A model generated the notes under the pieces. That model saw only the letters and a list, made by a program, of their open reading frames with translations. It ran no database searches and was not told where the DNA came from. The position numbers and the translations under genes are program-made. This document shows, piece by piece, positions 6,345 through 14,253 of a stretch of 38,989 bases of DNA (positions are counted from its first letter, which is position 1; the number at the start of each line of letters is the position of its first letter). This DNA is from a virus (lineage: Duplodnaviria; Caudoviricetes), in IMG/VR virus record IMGVR_UViG_3300044267_006294, positions 1-38,989 of that record. The stretch is one strand, 5' to 3'.

Positions 6345-7982
6345 TTACATCCAGTTCCTCGGGGGAGGCTTAAAGAGGTTTCCTGCTTCTTTAGTAGACT
6401 TGCGCTTGTAGCGGTCCAAGTCTCCTATAGTCAGCTGCCCAGCAGGGCGCTGGTCTATTTCCGGTTGGATATTAGCGCGTGTGAAGTGTCTGCGCGAGAG
6501 AATGTCCGCCGCCATGATAGCCGTTCGGGCACGGTCGAAGTGATGCGTGGTACCGTCTTGGCCTTTTACGCGCTTATTATTAGTGCCGTCGTAGTTAACG
6601 AGTTGGTGCAACATGCCTCGGGAGATGATGTCTATCTCTTCTTCTCGCAGTAGCTGGACGAGCATCGCTTCTGCTTCCTGAATCCTCTTGGAGGTGGCGT
6701 ACCATCCGGGGTGGTTCCGATTCGTCCACAAGAGGCTCGGGCACTTCTTGTCTTTAAGAATGGCAATACAGGCCATAGCGTTGGACTCTACGGCTATTAG
6801 AGCTCCGTTGTAGTGTCCTTGCACCCTCATTAGTCTTGCGGCAAACCGTCCAGGGTCTTCTCGATCTTCCCAGAAAGCTACCTCTTTTCTTGTAACAGCG
6901 TCCCAGACAGTCAGCGCGCTCTTATCTCCAGAGCGACCGTAGCCCGCGGGGTCAGCCGTAATTAGGTAGGAGCTGTTGTTTTCTGGCATGTCTATGACGC
7001 AACAACCCAGCGGGCCCTCGGGGGGATCTGGCTGAGACTTTGCCAGCAGCGGCTTTAAGACGTCAGCGGGCATGACGGGTGCGAGAGAGCCTAGCCAGCC
7101 ATCATACGGGTCGGAAGGGTACTTTGCGCAGAATAGCCGGGAGTCTCCTACGAACTCTGTGTTCAGAGCGCTGCGTCTGAAGGCCATGTTCTGAAGAGTC
7201 ATGCCGTCGTGCTGCGACATGTAGGTCTCTTCTTCAGAAGTGATGTCGGAGAGCGGAGCCTCTATGGCACAGCTGTTGTCCTTCCACCAACTGAGAAACA
7301 CGGGGTTAAAGCGACTCTTTCCCTCCAAGGCCATCTGCCACATGCGCTCGTGGTGCGAGCCTGCACGACCAGGCGTCGACTCCAGTATGACGCGGGCATT
7401 GGGTCTCTTATTGACTGTCGGGAAGATATTGATAGCGGCCTTCTGCTGCCACTGTGCCTCACCAAACTCGGTGATGACGAGACGGTCGATCGAGCGACCG
7501 ATGGCTGGAGAGCGCCCACCGGCTGTGAGGACCTTGATTCCTCCGCCGTGGCAGAAGTGCATCTGCGTAGTTCCTGCCTTCCTTCCCTTAGCCAGGGGCA
7601 CGCGGACGTCGTCGGGGAGTCTTTTATAGGCGTATAAGATACGCTCGAAGATGTCTTCGGCTGTGTCTTGACGCTCTGCGATAAGCAGCCCCTTGACTCC
7701 TTCGAGGTACATGCAGTCGCGCAGCAGGAGCATAACGGAGATCGTGGTAATCTTCGCCTGGCGGAACTTGTTGACGATGTTCCAGCGATGTTCATGGTAT
7801 GCGGTAATCAGCTGTTGCTGTGTGCTGGTAGGGGTCAAGAAACCGCTGGACTCGTCTTCTCTGACAATCTGACACATCGACACGAAGGCGTCGTAGGTAG
7901 CGAACATCGCCCGCACCTTGGACTGGTTTAGTGATGCGTGTTGCGTGAGCTTTGCGCCATTCGGAAGGGCTTTTAAATCCAT
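6345..7982 (-). CDS. terL: terminase large subunit
   Basis: ATPase motifs VNKFRQAKITT (Walker A region), LVITE (Walker B) and ILESTPG; RNase H-like nuclease motifs LITADPAGYG..GD.S, AVESN, HHFD. Confidence 0.92.
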   Translation of the reverse strand: MDLKALPNGAKLTQHASLNQSKVRAMFATYDAFVSMCQIVREDESSGFLTPTSTQQQLITAYHEHRWNIVNKFRQAKITTISVMLLLRDCMYLEGVKGLLIAERQDTAEDIFERILYAYKRLPDDVRVPLAKGRKAGTTQMHFCHGGGIKVLTAGGRSPAIGRSIDRLVITEFGEAQWQQKAAINIFPTVNKRPNARVILESTPGRAGSHHERMWQMALEGKSRFNPVFLSWWKDNSCAIEAPLSDITSEEETYMSQHDGMTLQNMAFRRSALNTEFVGDSRLFCAKYPSDPYDGWLGSLAPVMPADVLKPLLAKSQPDPPEGPLGCCVIDMPENNSSYLITADPAGYGRSGDKSALTVWDAVTRKEVAFWEDREDPGRFAARLMRVQGHYNGALIAVESNAMACIAILKDKKCPSLLWTNRNHPGWYATSKRIQEAEAMLVQLLREEEIDIISRGMLHQLVNYDGTNNKRVKGQDGTTHHFDRARTAIMAADILSRRHFTRANIQPEIDQRPAGQLTIGDLDRYKRKSTKEAGNLFKPPPRNWM

Positions 7983-8027
7983 GTGGGTACCTTAACATGA
8001 TATAAGAGATCGAGAGAAGGAGCTGCT

Positions 8028-8183
8028 ATGGCTATAAGCCCTGAAGTTTTGAACACTACCTATCCAAACCCTGGGCCCAACCGGGCGGATTGGCGGAAGA
8101 AGAACCTGAAGAAAGTGGCTAAGAAGCTTCGCGCTAATGACCCTATGACGATCAAGAGTGGTCAGAAGCTGAAGACTTATTAA
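8028..8183 (+). CDS. 51-aa Lys-rich protein with MCP-like N-terminus: MAISPEVLNTTYPNPGPNRADWRKKNLKKVAKKLRANDPMTIKSGQKLKTY (not in ORF track)
   Basis: AAGGAG SD 5 nt before ATG 8028; TAA at 8181-8183; AAG-rich codons like the other small genes. Confidence 0.8.
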   Translation: MAISPEVLNTTYPNPGPNRADWRKKNLKKVAKKLRANDPMTIKSGQKLKTY

Positions 8184-8230
8184 AATAAAACTACTAAATA
8201 GTTGCATCGATTATTTGAACGGTGTAGATT
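8177..8230 (+). promoter_or_regulatory. sigma70-type promoter for the MCP operon with AT-rich UP element
   Basis: TTGCAT (8202-8207), 17-nt spacer, TAGATT (8225-8230); A-tracts at 8177-8200. Confidence 0.7.
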
Positions 8231-8236
8231 TTCCAC

Positions 8237-8404
8237 AGCACCCGAAGTGTCGTTGAGTAGCCCGTAAGGAGCTCAACATAAAGGCGCATGCGGGCAGGCA
8301 AGACAGCCCGGTCAGTTATGACTTTCAGGTTTTGTTTCTCGACTTCAAAGTCGGGGCGTAGAACTCGTTGTGAGCCTGCCGTCCCGCATTTCAAAACAAG
8401 GTGC
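8237..8404 (+). ncRNA. putative structured 5' leader RNA of the capsid operon
   Basis: Several nested complementary segments read by eye (see findings); no plausible ORF; no family assigned. Confidence 0.5.
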
Positions 8405-8409
8405 ATTAA

Positions 8410-9468
8410 ATGTCCATCTCAACCGAAGTATTGAATACTACGTTTGCAGACCTTCGCGGTCCGCTCGTAAATTCTTTTGTTCGGAGCAATGAGCTGTTCG
8501 ATGCGCTGAACACCAAGGCTCGCATGCCCATGGAAGGCGGCTCGTTCATCGAGCGTTCCTTCAGTGGCGGTGCTCCAGCTCGCGGTGTCGGTGTATACGT
8601 CGGCGATGAGCTCCTCAACATGACCCGTCGCCAGCAGGTGAAGAAGTTCCAGGTGGAGCCTCATCGTCTCGTTGTCGCCGTCAACATCCCCAAGAAGGAA
8701 CTCCAGATGAACAGCGGCAAGCTTGCTGTGGTTCGTCTTATCGAGGAGTACCCTCAGACGGTGATGGAAGGCGTCAAGGCTGACATCAACGCTTACATGC
8801 TTACCGGCGCTAGCCGCGGCATCGTGTTCCAGACGGCTGAGCTGAAGGGTCTTATGACTCTGAACGGTCAGGTGTCGAGCGGTATCGGAACTGGTGTGAC
8901 CAATGGTCTACTGGACTTTGATACTCCCGCTAACCAGACGGACACGGTTCAGAACGTGGCAAAGAGCTCCAGCTATTTCCACTTCAACCAGAGTGCTGAC
9001 ATCACCAGCTGGGCTACTCACGGGCTGTCGCGTTTGCGTCAGTGCTACCGTCAGGCAGCTCACTATGCTGGCGGACCTGGCAAGGGACCAGATCTCTGCA
9101 TCATGGATGATGACACTTATGCCAACTTCGAGGCTTTCAAGCGCGATGCAGTCCGCATCCAGCTTATCGAAGACAAGACCGAGAAGAGCAACATGCTCGG
9201 ACTGGACCTTGGTGTGGCTAAGGTGTACTCCTCCCTGGACTTGGATCGGACCGCTTCGACCTTCTCTGGCGTAGCTAGCGACGGCGTTGCTTACATCCTC
9301 AATACTGACTACATCGAGATGCCTATGCACGAGGCTCCAAACATCAGCGAGTTCAAGGAACGAGTTGGTGACCAGGACGTCGTCACAGCTATCTTCTCGA
9401 TGCAGGCCAACCTTATCAGCACAAAGCTTCCGGCACAGGGTGTCGTGAGTGGCGGCGCTAGCGCTTAG
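8410..9468 (+). CDS. major capsid protein (HK97 fold, capsid_maj_Podo-like)
   Basis: 352 aa; LNTT...GGxxI...YxGxExL...ELxxNSG...GL...DL...YILNTDY pattern; strongly biased codons; follows a strong promoter. Confidence 0.9.
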   Translation: MSISTEVLNTTFADLRGPLVNSFVRSNELFDALNTKARMPMEGGSFIERSFSGGAPARGVGVYVGDELLNMTRRQQVKKFQVEPHRLVVAVNIPKKELQMNSGKLAVVRLIEEYPQTVMEGVKADINAYMLTGASRGIVFQTAELKGLMTLNGQVSSGIGTGVTNGLLDFDTPANQTDTVQNVAKSSSYFHFNQSADITSWATHGLSRLRQCYRQAAHYAGGPGKGPDLCIMDDDTYANFEAFKRDAVRIQLIEDKTEKSNMLGLDLGVAKVYSSLDLDRTASTFSGVASDGVAYILNTDYIEMPMHEAPNISEFKERVGDQDVVTAIFSMQANLISTKLPAQGVVSGGASA

Positions 9469-9477
9469 GAGGTCATT

Positions 9478-9999
9478 ATGGGAACTGTGAAAACTGACGC
9501 TATTGACGCGACTTATACCTATGAAGCTTACCCTGTAGGCACTCGGTACGTGCAATCTGCTGACGAGGTAAACGCAGCCAACTCGACTCACTACGGTGAC
9601 CGAGAGTGGATCTTCGTTTACAACGACGACTCTTCGGCTTTCGCTGAAGGTAACGTGATCATGCTGGATAACAGCGATTACGCTCCCTTCCACGGACTGC
9701 TCTCCACCGCGACACTTCATGTGTATCGGATTCTTGGAGTGGCGGCTCATGCGATTGCTGCAGGTTCTTATGGCTGGATCATCGCTAAGGGTGCGGGTGA
9801 AGTTCAGTGTGACGGTGGTGTTGCTCAGGGTGACCGTTTGGTTGCTCATGCAAGTACCGCGGGTATCGCTGATACAATCACCCTGAATGCCGACGCAACC
9901 ACCGACAACCTCGAGTGTGTCTTTGCTATGGCTCTTGAAGCCGATGCAGGTTCTTCTTCGGGAGACAAGGCCACTTGCTGGATCAACGGTGTGTGGTAG
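9478..9999 (+). CDS. capsid decoration/cement-like protein
   Basis: Directly after MCP with AGGAGG SD; GTR...REWIFV...GVA..AIAAGSYGWI..G motif typical of post-MCP genes. Confidence 0.7.
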   Translation: MGTVKTDAIDATYTYEAYPVGTRYVQSADEVNAANSTHYGDREWIFVYNDDSSAFAEGNVIMLDNSDYAPFHGLLSTATLHVYRILGVAAHAIAAGSYGWIIAKGAGEVQCDGGVAQGDRLVAHASTAGIADTITLNADATTDNLECVFAMALEADAGSSSGDKATCWINGVW

Positions 10000-10011
10000 T
10001 TAGCTGATTCG

Positions 10012-10020
10012 TGATACATT
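10012..10020 (+). promoter_or_regulatory. putative extended -10 promoter TGaTACATT abutting the terminator
   Basis: Matches TGnTAnnnT immediately before the hairpin. Confidence 0.45.
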
Positions 10021-10056
10021 AGGGTCGGGGCTCATTGGGCCCCGGCCCTTTTCTTT
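10021..10056 (+). terminator. rho-independent terminator after MCP and decoration genes
   Basis: AGGGTCGGGGC / GCCCCGGCCCT stem followed by TTTCTTT. Confidence 0.85.
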
Positions 10057-10065
10057 GGAGGGAAG

Positions 10066-11568
10066 ATGGACGTATCTCTTGGAGCTCTTCGCGAGCGTCT
10101 TCTGGAAATGCGAGCGTGGGATAGCTCTGGGTCTACGTTCGACAAGCGGGTTCGCTCTGCTTTGAACGTGGCTTTAGATCGTCTCGCGGGGGACGTTCCT
10201 GAAGCGCTTGTTCCCGACGAAGAGCATATCGTTCTGAACAAAGACACGGTCAGCGGAGACCATAACCTGGCGATTAACTACTACACAGATGACCGTATGC
10301 TTAAGATTACGGACACCGCTGGAGTCAATCTCGGCAACGCCTCCGTAAATGCAAAAGCGGCTACCTGGTACAGCAGCACGTTCAAGTCCGATGGGACTTG
10401 GGACGGCATCATGCACCTGGAGGTAAAAGACACCGCGGGCACTTGGCACCGCAGGCAGTCCCGAGAGTGGTGGGTAGACGGAGAAGTTGTCTACGTTTCC
10501 ATCGACAGGCCTTGGCCTAATACGAACACGCTGATGACCTTTAGGATCTATCAGCCCGAGTTCTTCGTCAGCGACGATGTGATGCGCATTCTCGAGCCCA
10601 TGAGGTTGTACGACAACACTCGTCAGCAAGTCTGGGCTATCGACACAGCGGGCGCCTATAGACAAGACATGGTGGATTTCCAGGGAGAGAGCACGGGCCG
10701 CCCCTATCGATTCTACCGCAGCAGACACTTTCAAGTACAAGCGCCTCGTCGTGCTGCGCTGGCGCGTTTCCATCTGAAGTGGAACGGTCCCTGGCAACAA
10801 GGAAAGTTCTCCTTTGTCTACACCTATGTGTGGGGCAAGAAGGACGACGAGTGGCAGCAGTCTCCGATGGGGACGAACGACCCTGTCTGGGAGAGCGCGC
10901 CATCGCCCGTGAGCAACGAGGTTGATCACGACTCTTTGAGCAGTGTCGGTAAAGCCATCAACATTCAGATGACGAACATCGATCAGATGACTGGCTTTGG
11001 GGTCACGGGGACTACTCGTAGATCTCACTCAGGATTCCGCCTCCGTATCTATGTTGCGCGCACGGACGTGAAGGAGTTCGGAGGAACAGCCACGGGATAC
11101 AACAACGTAGAGAAGTCAGGTGTTTATTACTTTCTCACGGAGATTGACCCTGAGGACGTTACCCCTGACGCCAGCTATACGTGGGACGGCAGCGTCGTCC
11201 CTGACTACTATCGTCCGCTGAAGCACTCCACTGGGTACTACGCTTATAAGCCTTACCCTCACCAGGATGCTCGCTACGAGATCGACATGCGTGTCCTTAG
11301 GCTTCCGCCTAAGTTCATAGACGATCAAGACACCGCGCCGATTCAGCGAGACTCCGTGCCGGCGTTGTTGGAGCTGTCTCTATACTACTTGTGTCTTCAG
11401 GACGGTGTAGACCAGAACGGCGCGCAGATGCACCTAAGAAGGTACGAAGAGCTGGCTAAGAAGTACCGTTTGAACTACGCTACACCAGGCAGGATTGTGG
11501 AGCCGGTTCCTCTCGGGGGACACTCCGGCAGAAGTCGATATGGTGTCTTCAGCACAAGCGACACCTGA
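10066..11568 (+). CDS. head-tail adaptor (tail tubular A-like) with large inserted beta domains
   Basis: N-terminal helices LGALRERL...VRSALNVALDRL and C-terminal LPPKFIDDQDTAPI...ALLELSLYY...RRYEE typical of podovirus adaptors; GGAGG SD. Confidence 0.7.
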   Translation: MDVSLGALRERLLEMRAWDSSGSTFDKRVRSALNVALDRLAGDVPEALVPDEEHIVLNKDTVSGDHNLAINYYTDDRMLKITDTAGVNLGNASVNAKAATWYSSTFKSDGTWDGIMHLEVKDTAGTWHRRQSREWWVDGEVVYVSIDRPWPNTNTLMTFRIYQPEFFVSDDVMRILEPMRLYDNTRQQVWAIDTAGAYRQDMVDFQGESTGRPYRFYRSRHFQVQAPRRAALARFHLKWNGPWQQGKFSFVYTYVWGKKDDEWQQSPMGTNDPVWESAPSPVSNEVDHDSLSSVGKAINIQMTNIDQMTGFGVTGTTRRSHSGFRLRIYVARTDVKEFGGTATGYNNVEKSGVYYFLTEIDPEDVTPDASYTWDGSVVPDYYRPLKHSTGYYAYKPYPHQDARYEIDMRVLRLPPKFIDDQDTAPIQRDSVPALLELSLYYLCLQDGVDQNGAQMHLRRYEELAKKYRLNYATPGRIVEPVPLGGHSGRSRYGVFSTSDT

Positions 11569-11573
11569 TTTCT

Positions 11574-11582
11574 TGTTATGCT
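11574..11582 (+). promoter_or_regulatory. putative extended -10 promoter TGtTATGCT
   Basis: In the 55-bp gap before gene 11624. Confidence 0.35.
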
Positions 11583-11623
11583 TGCTGTGCGCAATGACGC
11601 ATTAATCAAAACCAGAGGAACGA

Positions 11624-12094
11624 ATGTCTAAGCAAACGCAGGGATTGACTGCAATCCCGAGGCCCCAGCTGGGCGATCTAATGTATCGCCACACCCTTAT
11701 TGGTCTTCGGGAGGAAGCCATGGTGGTGAGTATCAGCGGGCCAGAAACAGATCGCAGCATGTGGTCTTCTGTCATGATGACCAAGAACGGGGTCGAGTTC
11801 GTCGGTTCCGATCAAGAGCACCGCGGTAAGTACGACTGGGTACCGCTTTCTTGGCAGTATGACGAAGAGCGGAAGGCGTGGGTTTTGCCTGCGGACTCCG
11901 AGCAAGCTGTGTCGGACGCAAAGGCTGTAGATGCCAAGGACTGGGATCTACCTACTCCTGTAGAGGGCGAGAGGTACATGACCTGGAGGGCTCGTGCTCT
12001 TCGAGAGGTTCCTGGTCTTCGTGGAGCATCTGGAGCAAAAGATATCTTGTCGGACGCCTGGAAGGAGCGCGAGCAAGCCGCTCCTGCTAAGTAG
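11624..12094 (+). CDS. hypothetical protein (156 aa)
   Basis: GAGGA SD; fills the gap between adaptor and nozzle genes. Confidence 0.75.
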   Translation: MSKQTQGLTAIPRPQLGDLMYRHTLIGLREEAMVVSISGPETDRSMWSSVMMTKNGVEFVGSDQEHRGKYDWVPLSWQYDEERKAWVLPADSEQAVSDAKAVDAKDWDLPTPVEGERYMTWRARALREVPGLRGASGAKDILSDAWKEREQAAPAK

Positions 12095-12103
12095 GTAAGA
12101 TAA

Positions 12104-14242
12104 ATGGCAGGACCTGCGAGCAACCAACCGATTAGCTTTATCGTCCCCGCGGGCGAAGAGCAGGTCCTGTATTCTGCCAGTGCGCTGTCTTACAAGGTTC
12201 AGAACCTGGAGCTGACTCCCGAGGGGACGCTCCGGTCTGTAATCGGCCCTACGCGCTACGAGCCTGATAGGACCGAGGATGAGGAAGGCACGACGCACGG
12301 AGCTCCGCACGGAATCTATCATGCGGGGCTCCTCGGCGGGATAGCCGATACCTTGATCGTTCGCATGGGAACAGAGCTCAAGAGACACGAGGGGTGGTCT
12401 CGGAGCTTTCGCACCTTGGTCACAGACCTGTCGAACGAGCACAGACCGATATATCCAGACCAGTTTACAGTTCTAGGAAACGTCATCATCTGGACAAACG
12501 GCATTGACCGAGCCAGGGTTATTGCTCACGATGGCATGGTGGTGCCGCTGGGTTTCGACCAGGCTCCGGGCCCTGCCTTTACAGAAGGTCCTCAGCAGCC
12601 TAACCCTACAGACAGAGACACACTCTACTCAAATGCGCTGGGTTATTCTTGGCCGGGAAAGATCGGCACTATAGGGGATGTCCTTGACGGGCAGACGGGA
12701 GCTCTTCTTGCAGGTGGTTGGTATTACTACGTGCAGTGGGAGGACGTCTTCGGAAATCTTTCCGCGCTCTCTGCGCAGAGCGCCTTAGTTTCTGTAAAGA
12801 CCCTGCAGGCAGATCCCTACACCGAAAGCTCAGCTGCGCTTGCCACGGAGATTGACGACCTGACCAGACAGTTTCTGGTAAGGGTGTCTGGTGATGCGCC
12901 CGAGCACGCAGTGGCTTTTAGACTGTACAGAACGCCCGACGTTAAGAACAAGAGCGTAGTTCCCCAACTACTTGCTCGGGTTTCGGGCAGCAAACAGTTC
13001 TTCTACCCAGACAACCTTCCCGATGCCGCCTTAGGTCCTGTTGCTCTTGAGACCGTGCCAGTCCCCGTGTTTCGCGTCATGTGTACACACCAGGGACGTC
13101 TTGTCATAGGGAACACGGTTGACGATCCTGGTGTGGTTCGCCGCTCACAGGTCGGTCTGCCGGGAACCTTTGCTGCGCAAGATTGGATCTACCCCGACTC
13201 CGGCGGGTCGGAAGTCACAGGGCTCGCCTCGCATAACGGTAAGCTTATTGCTTTTACCGAGAGCAGTACCTACGAGCTGGAAGATTTTGCTATACCTGTG
13301 CCGCTCGCTCAGGGAATCGGGTGTGTCGCGCCTCGATCTATAAAGGCGCTGCCTGACGGGACGTTGATCTGGCTTTCTCGCGACGGCTTCTACGGAATGA
13401 AGAACGGTGTGGTCAAGCACCTGAGCCGATCTATCAGCAGGACCATACGCAATTACATCAACAGGACGCGTATGCGGATGGCCGTGTCTGTGATAGATCC
13501 AACGAGCGGAGAGTATCGTTGTGCATTAACTCCTGCGGGAGATGTGAATCAGTCCCTTCTTCTCTGCTTTGACGGAGCCCACTGGAAGCGCCAGAAGCTC
13601 GGCCTCCACATTGCCGACATCTGTCAGACGGATGACTACAGGCAGTTCGTTCTGGCAGCAGGCTCGCATCGGAAAGGCGCTGTCACGACAATAAAATCTG
13701 CCGTTCAAGAGGGCTCAGATAACTTCGAGCTCTCAACGAGTACGGAGACCGTTGTCATAGACAAGAACGAAGTCTATGTCATGGACCGGGCAACTTCCGC
13801 TTACGATCCTCCTGATAGAGAGATTATCTATCGCTCGGGTTGGATGCGCGGCGACAAGGTCGGTCTTACGCCGCTGCACATCCGTACTATGTACCTGGGT
13901 TTAGTAGACGCCTGGAACGGGAAGTTTACTATTCGATTCTACAGAAACGGTTCTTGGGCGGATGTTGTCAAGATGGAAGACGTCTTGTCCATCGGCCTGG
14001 ATGACGAGACGGGTGTTGTCGATGACATCACGGGTAAGGCAGTGCTCGGAGCAGCCAAGACACATGACCCTCGGTTGTTCTGGAGGCAGGTCCCGGTTGG
14101 TTTAGAGAACGCGTACTCCTGGGCTTTCGAGATAAGCGCGGACTTTCCTACCCGGCTGCACATTGCGTCGTTTGTTTTTGATATTACGACAGCCACGGCA
14201 GGTAATGTTCGCGGTCGAGTGCCTAAGCGCGACGATGTCTGA
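12104..14242 (+). CDS. tail nozzle / DNA stabilisation protein (tail tubular B or P22 gp10-like beta-propeller)
   Basis: 712 aa; NLELTPEGTL, HQGRLVIG, GIGCVAPRSI, LIWLSRDGFY and YRSGW motifs. Confidence 0.8.
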   Translation: MAGPASNQPISFIVPAGEEQVLYSASALSYKVQNLELTPEGTLRSVIGPTRYEPDRTEDEEGTTHGAPHGIYHAGLLGGIADTLIVRMGTELKRHEGWSRSFRTLVTDLSNEHRPIYPDQFTVLGNVIIWTNGIDRARVIAHDGMVVPLGFDQAPGPAFTEGPQQPNPTDRDTLYSNALGYSWPGKIGTIGDVLDGQTGALLAGGWYYYVQWEDVFGNLSALSAQSALVSVKTLQADPYTESSAALATEIDDLTRQFLVRVSGDAPEHAVAFRLYRTPDVKNKSVVPQLLARVSGSKQFFYPDNLPDAALGPVALETVPVPVFRVMCTHQGRLVIGNTVDDPGVVRRSQVGLPGTFAAQDWIYPDSGGSEVTGLASHNGKLIAFTESSTYELEDFAIPVPLAQGIGCVAPRSIKALPDGTLIWLSRDGFYGMKNGVVKHLSRSISRTIRNYINRTRMRMAVSVIDPTSGEYRCALTPAGDVNQSLLLCFDGAHWKRQKLGLHIADICQTDDYRQFVLAAGSHRKGAVTTIKSAVQEGSDNFELSTSTETVVIDKNEVYVMDRATSAYDPPDREIIYRSGWMRGDKVGLTPLHIRTMYLGLVDAWNGKFTIRFYRNGSWADVVKMEDVLSIGLDDETGVVDDITGKAVLGAAKTHDPRLFWRQVPVGLENAYSWAFEISADFPTRLHIASFVFDITTATAGNVRGRVPKRDDV

Positions 14243-14253
14243 GGAGAAATAAG

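Noticed and set aside
5335-6411. 358-aa + strand ORF (and similar antisense ORFs 8908-9849, 10174-11028, 23724-24662, 31707-32384, 35589-36305)
   Set aside because: They lie opposite well-supported genes and are the expected shadow of biased codon usage; no recognisable motifs.
8237-8404. tRNA or known riboswitch in the MCP leader
   Set aside because: No cloverleaf with a TTCGA T-loop or CCA end, and no aptamer consensus that I recognise.
7992-8406. Minus-strand ORFs 7992-8207 and 8194-8406 as terminase small subunit candidates
   Set aside because: No TerS-like features; they are antisense to the better-supported 51-aa gene, promoter and structured leader.
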